A stretch of DNA of 64,000 nt. It comes from Chrysomallon squamiferum (taxonomy: Eukaryota > Animalia > Mollusca). Location: assembly GCA_012295275.1 (NCBI GenBank), contig CM022679.1, positions 6,696,001 to 6,760,000 on the forward strand. Reading direction: 5' to 3'. The notes beneath the pieces are model-generated. The model made no database searches. It was given only the letters and a program-made list of their open reading frames with translations, and was not told the DNA's origin. A program made the translations under genes and the position numbers. Shown in pieces: positions 52,401 through 64,000 of this stretch (the stretch's first letter is position 1; each line of letters starts with the position of its first letter).

Positions 52401-55400
52401 ACAGAGAAGCCACTGTTAACAGATTGCGTGTCCACCAAATCTGTTTCACTGTATGTCAGGGCATCTGATGTTGTTTCTGTCCCACATGCAAAGGATAACG
52501 TCGGAATCAAATCATTTTCAGTTATACCTCAGTGGCCTTCCAAAGAATATATAATAACTGAAAATGTAACCTTCATTTTTATTGCTGAAGACTTTGCGGG
52601 AAATCAAGAGACTTGCACAACAAACATTATAATTAAAGGTTTGTGACACTTGGAATATTCGGTTATCTTTGTACCCATCTGATAATACAAAACATGGAAA
52701 ACAACAATTACAAACTAATTTTTGAAGAAAAAAAAAAGAAACCAAACACAACAAGTCATTATCATATTATTATTATTATTATGATTATTATTATTATTAT
52801 TATGAATGTTTTTATTATTATTATTATGAATGTTTTTATTATTATTATTATTATTATTAAACCAGATTAATAATTATGTATGATTTTTTTCAAATATACT
52901 CTTTATTTTTATCCACCAATTAGCAATCAAAAATTGTATATGATAAAAATGGTCCATGTATGTATTTTAATGTATAGTTCATTAAATTAAACCATAAAAT
53001 GTTTCTGCCTGACACACAGTTTTTACATGTTTTTGCCAATCTATATTAATAGAGCAAGTAATGAAATGTTGTGGAGGTTTTTTGTCTCATTATTTCTAGA
53101 TGAAATCAAGCCCACAATTCAGTGTCCAAAAGCAGAAATCAAGTGGATCTTCACTGACACTGAAAATATCACAGAAACTTTTCAAGGTTCTAAAGTAACT
53201 GTGTCTGATGACAGTGGTGTTAGTCCAGATGTCACATTCAATCCTCCATCTTTTTTTGCAAACCAGGATTCTGTTAACACTGTGTTTTCTGTACAAGCAA
53301 CAGCCACAGACAAAGCTGGAAACCAGAACATGTGTCAGTTTGAATATTTGATAAAAGGTAATGTTTTCAGGATATTTTCTATTTATTTATCTGATATGTA
53401 GATGTGAACATAGAGAAACTTGTCAAAAGGAGGAGATATATTAGCAGTGTATGTTTGACCACAAAAATATCTGAGATGATCAAATTCTCAAACAGAATTT
53501 TTAAAGTAGATTTCGACAGAAATAAAAGAATATTTTTAGTGTAAGTCACAATTTAATATGCTTAAATGTTGTAAATCTGGTATGGATGTGTTTGATTTTT
53601 TTTTACAAAAAATATACATTTTTAGCTCCAAAATTATGTCACATTGAAAACAAACATAATGATTCAATACGTTCATGGTCACTCTTTATAGTCAGATCAA
53701 CTATTATTTTGACAATTAAGACTCAACATTAGTGTTGAACAACAATTTTTAAAAAGTTGTTTATTTTTTACATGTTTATTTATATTTATTTACAGCACAG
53801 CATCTAATAAACTTATTTATAAATAATTTCTACATTGTTAAACATAAAAGTCCAAAAATAATGTCACAAAAGACAAAATGCTAATTGTTCATGGTTTAAA
53901 ATCCCAACTTTATATATTACTTTTGAGAATGAGTTGAGGTACTTGTAAAAATGAGTATATATTCATAACAAATAACAGTATTATACTTTGAACAACCAGT
54001 GTAATGTATATTAGTTTATTATGGAATATTACATCAATGTCAAAAAAGTAAGACAGACACACATATTTTTATTACTGATATGTTTTTTTAAACATCCCAT
54101 TTTTGTCTTAACATAAATTTGTGTGATAGAATAATATTTGAAAAGGGTAGTAGCTTTGCTTAAAATAAAATGTATGTGTAAGTTTACATGATGATAATTA
54201 TTACTTTACTTGTTAAAATTACAGCTGCTCCATGCTCTCCTCTGTCACTGGTCACTCCAGTTCATGGAAGTAAAACCTGTACAGCTAGATCTGGCAATGC
54301 TGGATACAACTGTACTCTCACCTGTGATTCAGGATTTGTGTTTTATGACCAGTCAACCACAACTGCTGCCCAGAATAGTTTGAATGTCCAGTGTGACAAG
54401 GGCAAACCATGGACTACAAACATACCTGCCTGTGTTAATGCTGGTAAGTAAAAATACAGTATACAACTGTGCATTATGTGATTCTATGTTTACTTGAAAT
54501 GTAATGATTACAATTTCAAGTCTTATCAACATATTAAAAGTTTAAAATAATACATATTTGCTGTAAAAGAATTAACAGTAATTTGTTTTATGTTGTCTAA
54601 GAATGGTTATACTACATAAATATCTTTTATCACTTTTTAATATAATAATTACTGTTCTTATGGATTATCTTTTCAGTCAAGACAACGGCAAACTTCTATC
54701 AAACGTTTGAAGTTCATTACACCTCCAGTGGCACAGTTCTTGATACCTGCAAGCAAGATTATGCAGAAGTTATCAAAAACAAATATGAAACTCAAAGTGT
54801 ATTTTCCACTATTACAAGTGCTTGCAGTAATGTTACTGATGCTACCATTTCCTCAGTGACAGTTGCTGAGCCAGACAATGACATAATAATTGATAATCAA
54901 AATAAAAAGGTATGTTTAATCTACATGTTCCAAATCTCAGAATTATTTAAGAGTAATCTCTACTTTCTGTTGTGTTTGTTTTGAATTTTGTCAGTTATCG
55001 AAATTAATTGCATGTTAAACAAGTTTCAATGTCAAAGTGAATAATAAGGTCATTATAATTGAAAATAAACAGTAAAAAAGATTTACTAAATTTGATCAAA
55101 TAAACCATTTAAATTTAAAAATACTTATTTAATAGCAGGAAAAGAACATTGTAATATTTTAAATTTTACTGAGAACTAATGTATTATTTGTTTTAATATA
55201 CTTTGTTTAATCTGTTTATATTATAATATATAATGCACATATTATTTTTAATTATTTACCTATATTAAGTAATTTTTTTATATTAATTACTTTAAACAGA
55301 TTCTTCCCAAAACTGATTTAGATCTTATATTAAGTAATTTTGATCAATCAGTTATTGCACTATTATGAGAAAAGTTGATCACAATAATTAACTTCAGAAC

Positions 55401-58400
55401 ATGTGATTGTTATATATAGAAGTTTGACACTAACCTTCATTTTCAGTTTATTTAGATGACTATAGCAAGTCATTTGGTATTTTATGAAGCTTGCACATTA
55501 ATCATTAATTTAAGATAGACAGCCAATTAGAAATAATATTTTTGTGATTTTTTTCTATTCAGATAAATCTATTTTTAGTACTAAATTTCTCATATTGGAA
55601 ACATATTGTCAGCAGAAAGTTCATGACTGTGATATAACTTGTAAATGAATGATGTTAAAAAAAGGATTTTTTTAAAATAACCTATAAATAAAATTTTATT
55701 TATTCTGCCTGAACTGTTTAAGTTTAAATTACCTTTAGACCATCTTTACCCTGATTGAGTTTGTTTTCAGATTTTAAATTATTTTTTAATTTTCTTTTAA
55801 TATACCTCAGAATATGATACAGTTTAGTAAGGTAATCATAATATTATAAAAAATATATAATAAAATGAAAAAATGTTATTATATTTATTTATGACAAATC
55901 ATAATTTAATCAGTTCTATACAAATCTAATTAAAGAAAAATAGAAAGATGTCACCATTGGTTTTAATAATGCTATTTCCAAGAATTTTTCCTTAAAGAAA
56001 AAAAATCAATCAGGTACATCAAAATAGTAACCAATTCTCATAAATGCAAAATAATAATAATTCAGAACATTTTTCTGAACAGTTTAAAATCTGAATATTG
56101 AATATTAATTGAATTGATGTATAGTGTCTACTATTCCCAGCTATAACCAGAAATAATTTAAAGAAGATATACTAAAAGATAAACAGCATGCTACATATTT
56201 TTATACTTTTCATCTGTTTAGACAAATTTGATAGAATTGAGTATAAATTTAATATACTTTTAAAAATTGCAGAAGATATAGTGCATAACTCCATTTATAG
56301 TGATTTACATGAATTGATTTGTAAATTAATTTTACATTATATGTAGTAAACAATTTCATTTGTCAATGATGAAAAGTAAAGAAATGTACTTATGGAAAAT
56401 GTTTTGTTTTACAGATGAAAATCAATTATACAATATCATTCACTTGGAGCAAAAAGTCATCACTAACAACTTGTGCAGGACTTCTGAAGACAGTTCTTGA
56501 AAGTACAGGAACCACACAGTCAAATGTAATGAATGGCACACTGAGTACAGTTACTGGTTGTCCTGCAATATATGTTGTTCAGCAAAACAATTCTAATGAT
56601 GATCCAGCAGCAGCACTGGAGGTTTCTAAGGAATATGTATGTCCCACCAACATGAAGAAAACAGTGTATAATAATTTACAGATGTGTTGTGAGTATTGAT
56701 AATTTTGAGGATCATTAAAAATATATCTAAATACAATTTCTTATAATTAAATATTATTAATAAAATGAACAAAAACTTTTCCTGACAAAATAGATGGACA
56801 TTTCTAAGAGAATCAAGACTGACAAAATCAGAGGGCATTACAATTCAACAATCCTTTATCCACCAGATTGGAAGACTAAACAAAGTGTCATAAATATTGA
56901 TGACTAAAGCTTGAAGTTAAAATCAGATTTTGCTCTCTCGTAGTTTTGTTTTCTTTTTGTTTTTTGTTTTTTATCATTATCAACTTCATGTAAATGTGAA
57001 ATGTCACAATGGAGTGCATATATGCCAATAAACATATAATTAGGATTTTTTGAGGATTTAGTGTTTGATACAGATATAAACAGATTATATTACATGTCTT
57101 AAATCTGCAGGTTTTCAATAAAGAATAGTCAATTGTTAACATTAACATTTATAATTCTGTAAATGTTTTAGTGCTCTGAATATTATAGTATTTTTTTTTT
57201 CTGTTCATTTAAAAATTAAAAAGTGTATTGATATTATAAATAAAGATTACTATATACATTCATATGTGTATAAGTGGGAAATTAATTTATTCATATTTTA
57301 TTAGAAAGACATTTTTTTCATTAATATTCCATAAATACTTTTTAATTGTTTATCCTTTCCTTTACTTTTTTTTTTTTTACATCTTGGATGTATGTATTCA
57401 TTAAAGAAAAATAAAGATATCAGTTGTGTGTGTGTATATATATATACAAATGATAGCTTTTTTTTTTTATTTAATGGATATATGAATGTGTATGTATGTA
57501 TATTTATGTGTATATGAATATGTACTCATTCTGAGAACTGTATCTAAAAATCTTCACTGATCTGACTTTTGCAGTGGAATGTCCAGAAGGTACCTATAAC
57601 AGTGGTAGTAACACCTGTGTACTATGTCCAGTGGGGATGTACCAACAAAGTACTGGACAACGACTCTGTTTAAACTGTGACCCTGGCACAAGCACATACA
57701 TGGCAGGAAGTACTTCCAAATCACAGTGCTCAGGTAATGATCTGTTTATTTCAGTTTTTAGAAAATATTTTATAGACACTGTATAGATATAAAAAAAACC
57801 CAGTAATAGTAGTATTATAATTTATATTATAAAAATAACCATGAACAGTATTAAGGAAACATGTAATCATATTGATAGTAATTATATTTTAAAAGTTTAC
57901 TTTTATATTTAATTAAAATACTGTTTTCCATTTATTTATTTTATTTTAAAATACTAATTATACAAAATGTTATCAAATAATTTTTGAAAACAAAAAGACA
58001 AATTATATAAAAATTTTTAGATGATGAGCTATGAAATATGTATTTTGATTCCCTGATGTGTTAATTTTAGCTACTTGTCCACGTGGATCATACTCAGAAA
58101 ACCAGCTACAGCCCTGTGCTCACTGTCCTCTGAATACTTACTGGTTTAACACTACATACTGTAAACCATGTCCTGCAGATTCGATCACTCGTCAGACTGG
58201 AGCAACTTCTATTTCTATGTGTCAAGGTAATAACTGTTTTCACAGTTAGAGATAGCTGCTATAAATATTGCCTCTAGTATCTTTCATTTTGTTGAAGAAA
58301 GTGTTCCTAAATCATTTGTATCCTATTTGTTTTTTAAGATGCAGCATAAGAAATAAATTGTCTTATAGCATTAGGTTGCATCTTCTTTTAATAAAAATGA

Positions 58401-58552
58401 AAGTAAATATAATAAAATAATACAATGAAGAGATGATATGTCACAGATTTAAAGAGAGTATGTAAATTATTTTAATTTATAATATACAAAAGTTTAAAAT
58501 ATTAAAAATTATATTCTAACAAAAAATTTATTTTGTCCATCATGTATTCTAA

Positions 58553-58607
<55 letters not shown>

Positions 58608-60534
58608 GCCTAATATCTTTATTTTTTTTTATGACTATATTACTTATGATCACAACTAGTCATCAGCTTTATGAGGCTTTTGTTACAACTTTTCTATCTT
58701 TGAAGCTAAATGTCCTGAAGGGAAATACAGTCGTAATGATGGACATGAACCATGTTTGTTGTGTCCAAAATATTTTTACCAGGAGACAACTGGCCAAAAG
58801 TCATGTATACGTTGTCCAGATAATGCTATAACAGCAACCACTGGTTCAACATCACCAGACAATTGCACTGTTGGAGGTAAAACACTATTTTTATTAAGTA
58901 TTTATCAGTTCTTTTGGGTTGAGGATGTACAAACATATTTGTGATTGAATCAGTTATAGATATTCAAAGGAATGTTATATTTCAATTTCAGATATTTTGT
59001 AACTCTATCATAGGTTTACTTTACAATAATGTTTTATGAAATTATATTAATATAAGAATCTGCTAGGAATTCCCCAAAAATTATATTTTAAAAAGATAGG
59101 CATTAATATAACCTTTTAGATGATAAACGTTTTATCTCTAGTTTATATTAACAAAAAGATATTTTAAGTTGCAATCATAGTGAATAGTAGTTAATTTAAG
59201 AATAGTTCTGTTTTTCATTAATTTCTCTTATTTGAAAAAATATGTATTTGTTTTACAGTTGCCTCAGTCTGTTCAACAAATGCATGCAGTGGACAAGGAT
59301 CATGTATAGTAAAACATCAAAGTGCTGTTTGTACCTGCAATCCAGGTATTACCTCTGTTTATCATGTGCTTAATTGAAGAAATAAACCAATATTAGGCTA
59401 TTTGTTATATATTCAGAATATTAAATGCATTTTAAGATTACTTTCAAAAAACATTGGCAACAAAATTTCTACAGATAATTTTGTTCAGCATTTAATATTC
59501 AGGATCTCTTTCTTTCTGTGATTTTTATCTTATTGCCAATTCAAGAATAAGTAAAGTTATTAAAACTTTATTTTGTTCTTTGCAAAAATAAAATATGATG
59601 AAGATCACAGTTGTAATGAAACATATATTGCCTAGATATCAAAATATATGGCACTGCTCTACCTTTCTTACAATGTTTGAAAAACCATAAATATTTAATT
59701 AATATATTGAGCTATATTAATAAGCATGTTTTTACAAATTAATAATTTTCAAATAAGAAATATATATATATCAAAAGAAATATTATACTTTGTCAAATAA
59801 AACTATTTCATGAGAACATATTGATTTATCAGTTATCTAACACAGCACAGAAAACTTATATAATATTATCTTTTTGGATACAATACAATTCATTATTTTA
59901 TTTTTGTTTGATATAGTATTTAGAGTGGTAAAGAAATGGACTGTGTTTTTAAATTGTTGATCTTTAATTTTTCTGTCATTGATAACCATTGTTACTGAAA
60001 TGTTTAGAAACAAAAGATTCGGGGCTTGTTATTTAATTTTAAACATTTTATTTTCTCCATAAACTTGAGGATCCTGATATAAGTACATAACAACTGTGTT
60101 ATAATTAAATATACTAAAAACTATTATAAAGATTGGAGTCTGTAATTTTGTTTTGAAAAGAATAACAATTAATGTGCTTGACCACTGGGCAAAAATAATA
60201 CAGAACAAAACTTGTATCTGTTTTAGTAATTATTTTATACTAAATATAACAAGTTCATGTCTTATATTACACATATGTCAGTATAATAAATGATTATAAA
60301 ATCAAAATCATCAGAAGAGGGTCATATTTACAAAATAGATATGATATATTTTCATTACGTTCAGAAAAAGATGAACACATCTCATTTTTAAATATTTTTA
60401 ACTTGTAAGCAAAGATATTAGTCTTGAATTCCAATTAGTATTCCATATTGAAAGCAAATTAAAAAAAGAAATGATATTAATATTTAATATTTTAAGTTAT
60501 TCTTTAAGTAAATTAATGATATTTTTTTCACTAT

Positions 60535-60571
<37 letters not shown>

Positions 60572-61899
60572 AGAGTTATCAAAATGTAACATTTTTTAGA
60601 TAGAGTTTATGGCATTTAATTAGTAGAAAAATGTCTTTCTTTTTTCTTTTCTTTTCATTTCTTCTTCTTTTTTTTTTTTTTTTTTTTTTTTGAATATTTA
60701 AATTTTACTTATTTGTTCAATACTCATTAAAATAATCATTCAGTTTTAAATCACTTCTGTGGAATATAAACATACTCATGCAGTATTTATTATTCAAAAT
60801 AGCCATGTGAAACAAACCATGTAAATTATAATTATACCTGACACAAACAGATATGTCATTCAGTGGAACATAATTTGTTCATGGCCTGAGTTTCAGTTTT
60901 ATTAAAAATCATTTCATGTTAATTAATTTTGTATTTTTCAGTCAACACTCCTGTAATCTGGTAAAGATTATTCACTTTATTAAGTAAATGTTTGATAATA
61001 AAGAAATTGATGTGATTGTATTAAAACAGCAAATACAATTTATGCATTAAAATGTTTCCAGCTAAATCAAAATCCCTAACATCTAATATTTCATATAATG
61101 TATATGACACTGGTTTCGGTAGATTATACAATATTTTCAGTGTCATACTTGATCTTTTACTAGCGTTTTAAAAATTACAAGAATTGTTTCTGTTTTGCAG
61201 GTTACACAGGTGAGAAATGTGAAAACATGATTAATCAGTGTGATTCAGGTCCTTGTTTCAATGGTGGAACATGTGTTCAGAATGCCACCAGCTACTACTG
61301 TCAGTGTAAACAAGGTAATATGATCAAGAGGAAGCTTTGTCTTTGTTTTAACTCATCAGTCACTTAATAAGATTCAAAATGATGGTCTTATTTGTTTATT
61401 ACAAATAACATCAGATGGTTATGTTCTTCCAGACTCATAATCTTTAATTGTATCTCATTTCTGTACTTGTTTTCATGATTAATGTCTTTTATAGCAAGGA
61501 AAAATCTGTCATTTATGTTCTTATGAGAAAAGAAAAAAAGTAAGCGTAAATGAATATTAATTTCAATCACTTAATAACAAGGATTAGATTATTTATGCAA
61601 TGGTTTCTAAATATAAAATAAAATGGATGGATTGTGAACTCAAATCTGTATAAAAATATTTATTACATTATATAGTTTGTAACATACAGAGATCATATCT
61701 TCTATGTTTAAGTTTTATATTACATATGTTTTATAATATACATATATGTATTGTAAATACAATGTTTAGGCACTCAGGGAGATAACTGTGAAGTGGATAT
61801 TGATGAATGTTCTTCAAATCCATGTGAAAATGGAGGAATGTGTCAGAATCAAATCAATGGATACAAATGTCACTGTTTTGCTGGATATGGTGGAGTAAA
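34383..61899 (+). CDS. Gene B: Uninflatable/SVEP1-like giant extracellular multidomain protein, 5' portion (continues beyond window; two frameshifts in CUB3)
   Basis: About 31 phase-compatible exons: signal peptide-CTL-LDLa-CUBx3-sushix4-EGFx2-sushix4-HYRx2-sushi-linker-GCCx3-EGF. The EGF with the long insert ([31 protein letters not shown]) is characteristic of Uninflatable-family proteins as recalled. Confidence 0.88.
35530..36070 (-). mobile_element. Degenerate Mutator-like (MULE) transposase fragment in gene B intron 1
   Basis: Minus-strand fragments in MULE order: [19 protein letters not shown] (~35840-35910), [10 protein letters not shown] (~35770-35796), [21 protein letters not shown] (~35550-35570). 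Stops, frameshifts and internal deletions present; GC content locally higher. Confidence 0.75.
36717..36777. repeat. (TTATA)n pentanucleotide microsatellite
   Basis: Perfect run just upstream of the acceptor at 36788. Confidence 0.95.
37368..39629 (+). CDS. Gene B: C-type lectin domain
   Basis: Exons 37368-37449, 37826-37920, micro-exon 38531-38554 and 39405-39629. Motifs [26 protein letters not shown], and the closing C..YLCQ. Confidence 0.9.
39922..40017 (+). CDS. Gene B: LDL-receptor class A repeat exon
   Basis: [30 protein letters not shown]. Confidence 0.93.
40239..42581 (+). CDS. Gene B: CUB domains 1 and 2
   Basis: Exons 40239-40372 ([12 protein letters not shown]...CLWVI), 41342-41552 ([21 protein letters not shown]), 41910-42067 and 42383-42581. 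Confidence 0.9.
42878..44062 (+). CDS. Gene B: CUB domain 3, both exons frameshifted
   Basis: Exon 42878-43043 needs +1 nt at ~42957 (NQ|KCTWNI). Exon 43895-44062 needs +1 nt at ~43955-43970 (TAA at 43970-43972; the other frame gives [14 protein letters not shown]). Confidence 0.75.
44507..48980 (+). CDS. Gene B: sushi/CCP x4, calcium-binding EGF x2, sushi
   Basis: Exons 44507-44731, 45403-45591, 46266-46451, 46849-47037, 47574-47687, 48374-48565 and 48792-48980, all phase 1-1. Confidence 0.92.
50271..56688 (+). CDS. Gene B: sushi-like x3, HYR x2, sushi-like and linker domain
   Basis: Exons 50271-50474, 51279-51470, 51973-52170, 52399-52638 ([11 protein letters not shown]), 53100-53357 ([13 protein letters not shown]), 54225-54443, 54677-54909 and 56415-56688. 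Confidence 0.88.
57575..61899 (+). CDS. Gene B: GCC2/3 x3 and EGF 1-3, direct paralogs of gene A exons 513-3884
   Basis: Exons 57575-57733, 58071-58226, 58706-58876, 59259-59345, 61201-61314 and 61770-61899. Lengths are identical to the gene A exons (159, 156, 171, 87, 114, 130 nt). Confidence 0.93.
58556..58605. repeat. (TA)n microsatellite, expanded relative to paralogous site ~1467-1480
   Basis: Direct comparison of the duplicated introns. Confidence 0.9.
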
Positions 61900-64000
61900 G
61901 TAAGTTAATCTGATTATCTTGATTACTTCTGATGATGTTTATCTTATTTAAAGTGGTAAGTTACAATAATGAATTCTGTAAAATGCTGATATTCAATGAA
62001 AAATGATTTGATATTAGAATACGATGAAGAATGTATGAATGTTAAATGATTTAATCAGCATAAAACACCACAAATAATAAATAACTCATTTCACAATAAA
62101 TGTATGTAATCAGTAAAGACCAAGACACCCAAACTGCTGGCCACATTAACTACAGTTAAAATAATAAAATCACAACAATACCTTTCATAAATTCAGTTGT
62201 GAAGCCTACAAATGGACAATTTCAATGAAACAGGGTCACAGAAAAATACAGATGTAATACATGGTTTTAAGGATTGGTTTCTGAAAAACAATATTTCTGT
62301 GGTGTGCATAACATATTTAGTTAATTGTTTTTTTTTTCTTAAGAAACAAAAGAAGATATAATTGTCATAAAAAAAATGGGTACAAAATTATTTCACAGTG
62401 TACAACAGACCTGTTTTGAAGAATTGCATGTTTTTATTTAATTACAAGTAGATATTGCTTAAGTCTTTTGAGTACACCAATTGAAATGTACTCCATCCTG
62501 AAGATGTGTGATACTGAATGTAAAAACATTTCTTTTATCCAGTTTTACTGTCTTTCAGTAATATATATATTTTTATTATTATTATTTTTTTAACAAAGTT
62601 TTAATACTTTAGTTTTCTGATGCCTTCAGTTGCCATAGTACACTGTATTTATTATTAAAATATTTTACCAAATTATTTTATGCAATTAAATATTTTTTAA
62701 ATGAATTTGAATGTGTTTAAGTAGCAAAATCTGCTAAATGGAAATATATATTATCTTGCATGTTTATTTTTTGTATTAAAGTGTTTTTATTCACACATTT
62801 AATCGATAACCACTGAGTTGACTGGAAAAATTAATCTAACTTTTCTAGTCTTGTTTATATTGTTAGATACAGTAATGATATATATCTGAATCAAGATTTA
62901 TTTTGTTTATGACATAGCAACACCCAAAACTTCAGTGAAAGGTAAAGTCAATAATTCTCATTTGACAACAAGCCTGATATTGAGCTTTTTTTTATATACA
63001 AGCTGTAAGATTTAAGTTTTGAATTTGTTAAGTTTCTGTCTAAGAATATGCATAACTTCTATAAATAACAAAAAATAGTTATCACATCATAAAGAGTTGG
63101 AAACATAAATTTTATTGTTATTATTAAGTGAGATCAAATAAGAAATAAATCAACTGTATGTACATGGATATTCTAAAACTAAAGATAAATTATAACTGAA
63201 ACAATAACTTTATGCAGCTTGTATATTTCCTTTTGTATTTATCAATGCCAATAATAACAATTTAATATGTGGTCACTTAACAAGTCATTTTTAAACCTTT
63301 GTTATTTTTACCTAATTTTTGTGTATAAAGTGCAAAATCTTTAACCCAAAACGTAAAAACAAACTATCATGTTATTCTATTTTTTTAATTTTATTTCATA
63401 AACAAATTGAGTTCATTATTTTTTTATTTCTTATTAGCTAATATATAATTATAAAAAATGAAAATATTACTTTTGAAGTTTATTAATAAAATTAAATTAG
63501 TTTAATGAAACAATAAATGTTTCATCAAAATGAGTAAAGTCAAGAAATGTTTTCTTTAATTTTGTAAAATAATATGAAACAAAGACTATTATTTTGTTTT
63601 AATTTAAATGAGTTAGAAACAAAAGCAAACAGTTACAAATTAAACATGAATATAAATTGCATGTATGTATTCCATGTGATCTGTTTCCACTCAAGAATCC
63701 ATCTTGTGTAAACCTAAAATGGTATTAATAAAAATGAAATAAAAATGTTTTCAAAAACTGCTATTATCTTCCAAGTTTGTGGCAGTGATTGCTTTTTTAA
63801 TAAATTATTTTTGGTCTGTCAATAATTGGTGTTTAATTGGTGTGGAAAATAATTACTAGTACCTAAATGTTTTATTTTTTATTTTTTATTTTGTTTTAGT
63901 CAAGTACATATCCATGAAAAATATTCTTAACTTATGCAGTTCTTATAACTATCAGATTTTATATGTCATAAGTTATTAACAGTTTTGTCCAGTTAAAAAA

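Larger units (their letters stand above)
57075..64000 (+). repeat. Segmental tandem duplication, copy 2 (offset ~57-59 kb)
   Basis: Begins TATAAACAGATTATAT..AAATCTGCAGGTTTTC like position 1 and ends AGTTTTGTCCAGT like ~5150. Extra intronic blocks at ~59370-59760, ~60585-60940 and ~62180-63110. Confidence 0.92.

Noticed and set aside
1-64000. CRISPR arrays, rRNA, operons or other prokaryotic systems; assignment of gene A or B as true Notch or SVEP1
   Set aside because: The sequence is spliceosomal-intron eukaryotic DNA with no spaced direct repeats. No LNR/ankyrin (Notch) or vWA domain and long C-terminal sushi array (SVEP1) are present, so no gene symbol was given.

Overview
AT-rich, intron-rich animal genomic DNA (probably a lophotrochozoan such as a mollusc; this is inference), with no prokaryotic features. 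All genes are on the + strand and were assembled by hand from GT-AG splice sites and reading-frame phase. Gene A (1-23359, 5' end outside the window) is the 3' half of a giant Uninflatable/SVEP1-like type I membrane protein: GCC2/3 repeats, about 14 EGF domains with a PAN+WxxW cassette inserted inside one EGF, LamG/pentraxin, HYR, sushi-like, a furin-site domain, more GCC repeats, a transmembrane helix, and a tyrosine-rich tail containing a full-consensus ITAM. Gene C (about 26-31 kb) is a small, intact, CpG-rich gene encoding hydrophobic leader-GCC-furin-site domain-GCC with no C-terminal anchor, bracketed by 1.1-1.5 kb inverted repeats. Gene B (34383 to beyond 64000) is a tandem paralog of A seen from its 5' end: signal peptide, C-type lectin, LDLa, 3 CUB, sushi, EGF, HYR, GCC, EGF. 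Its last 7 kb duplicates positions 1-5160. There are also 1-nt frameshifts in A and B, a degenerate MULE transposase fragment, a hAT MITE, SINE-like remnants and microsatellites. The best candidate for a novel system is a tandem cluster of Uninflatable-derived, immunoreceptor-like proteins (an ITAM-tailed receptor, a paralog, and a small anchor-less module).
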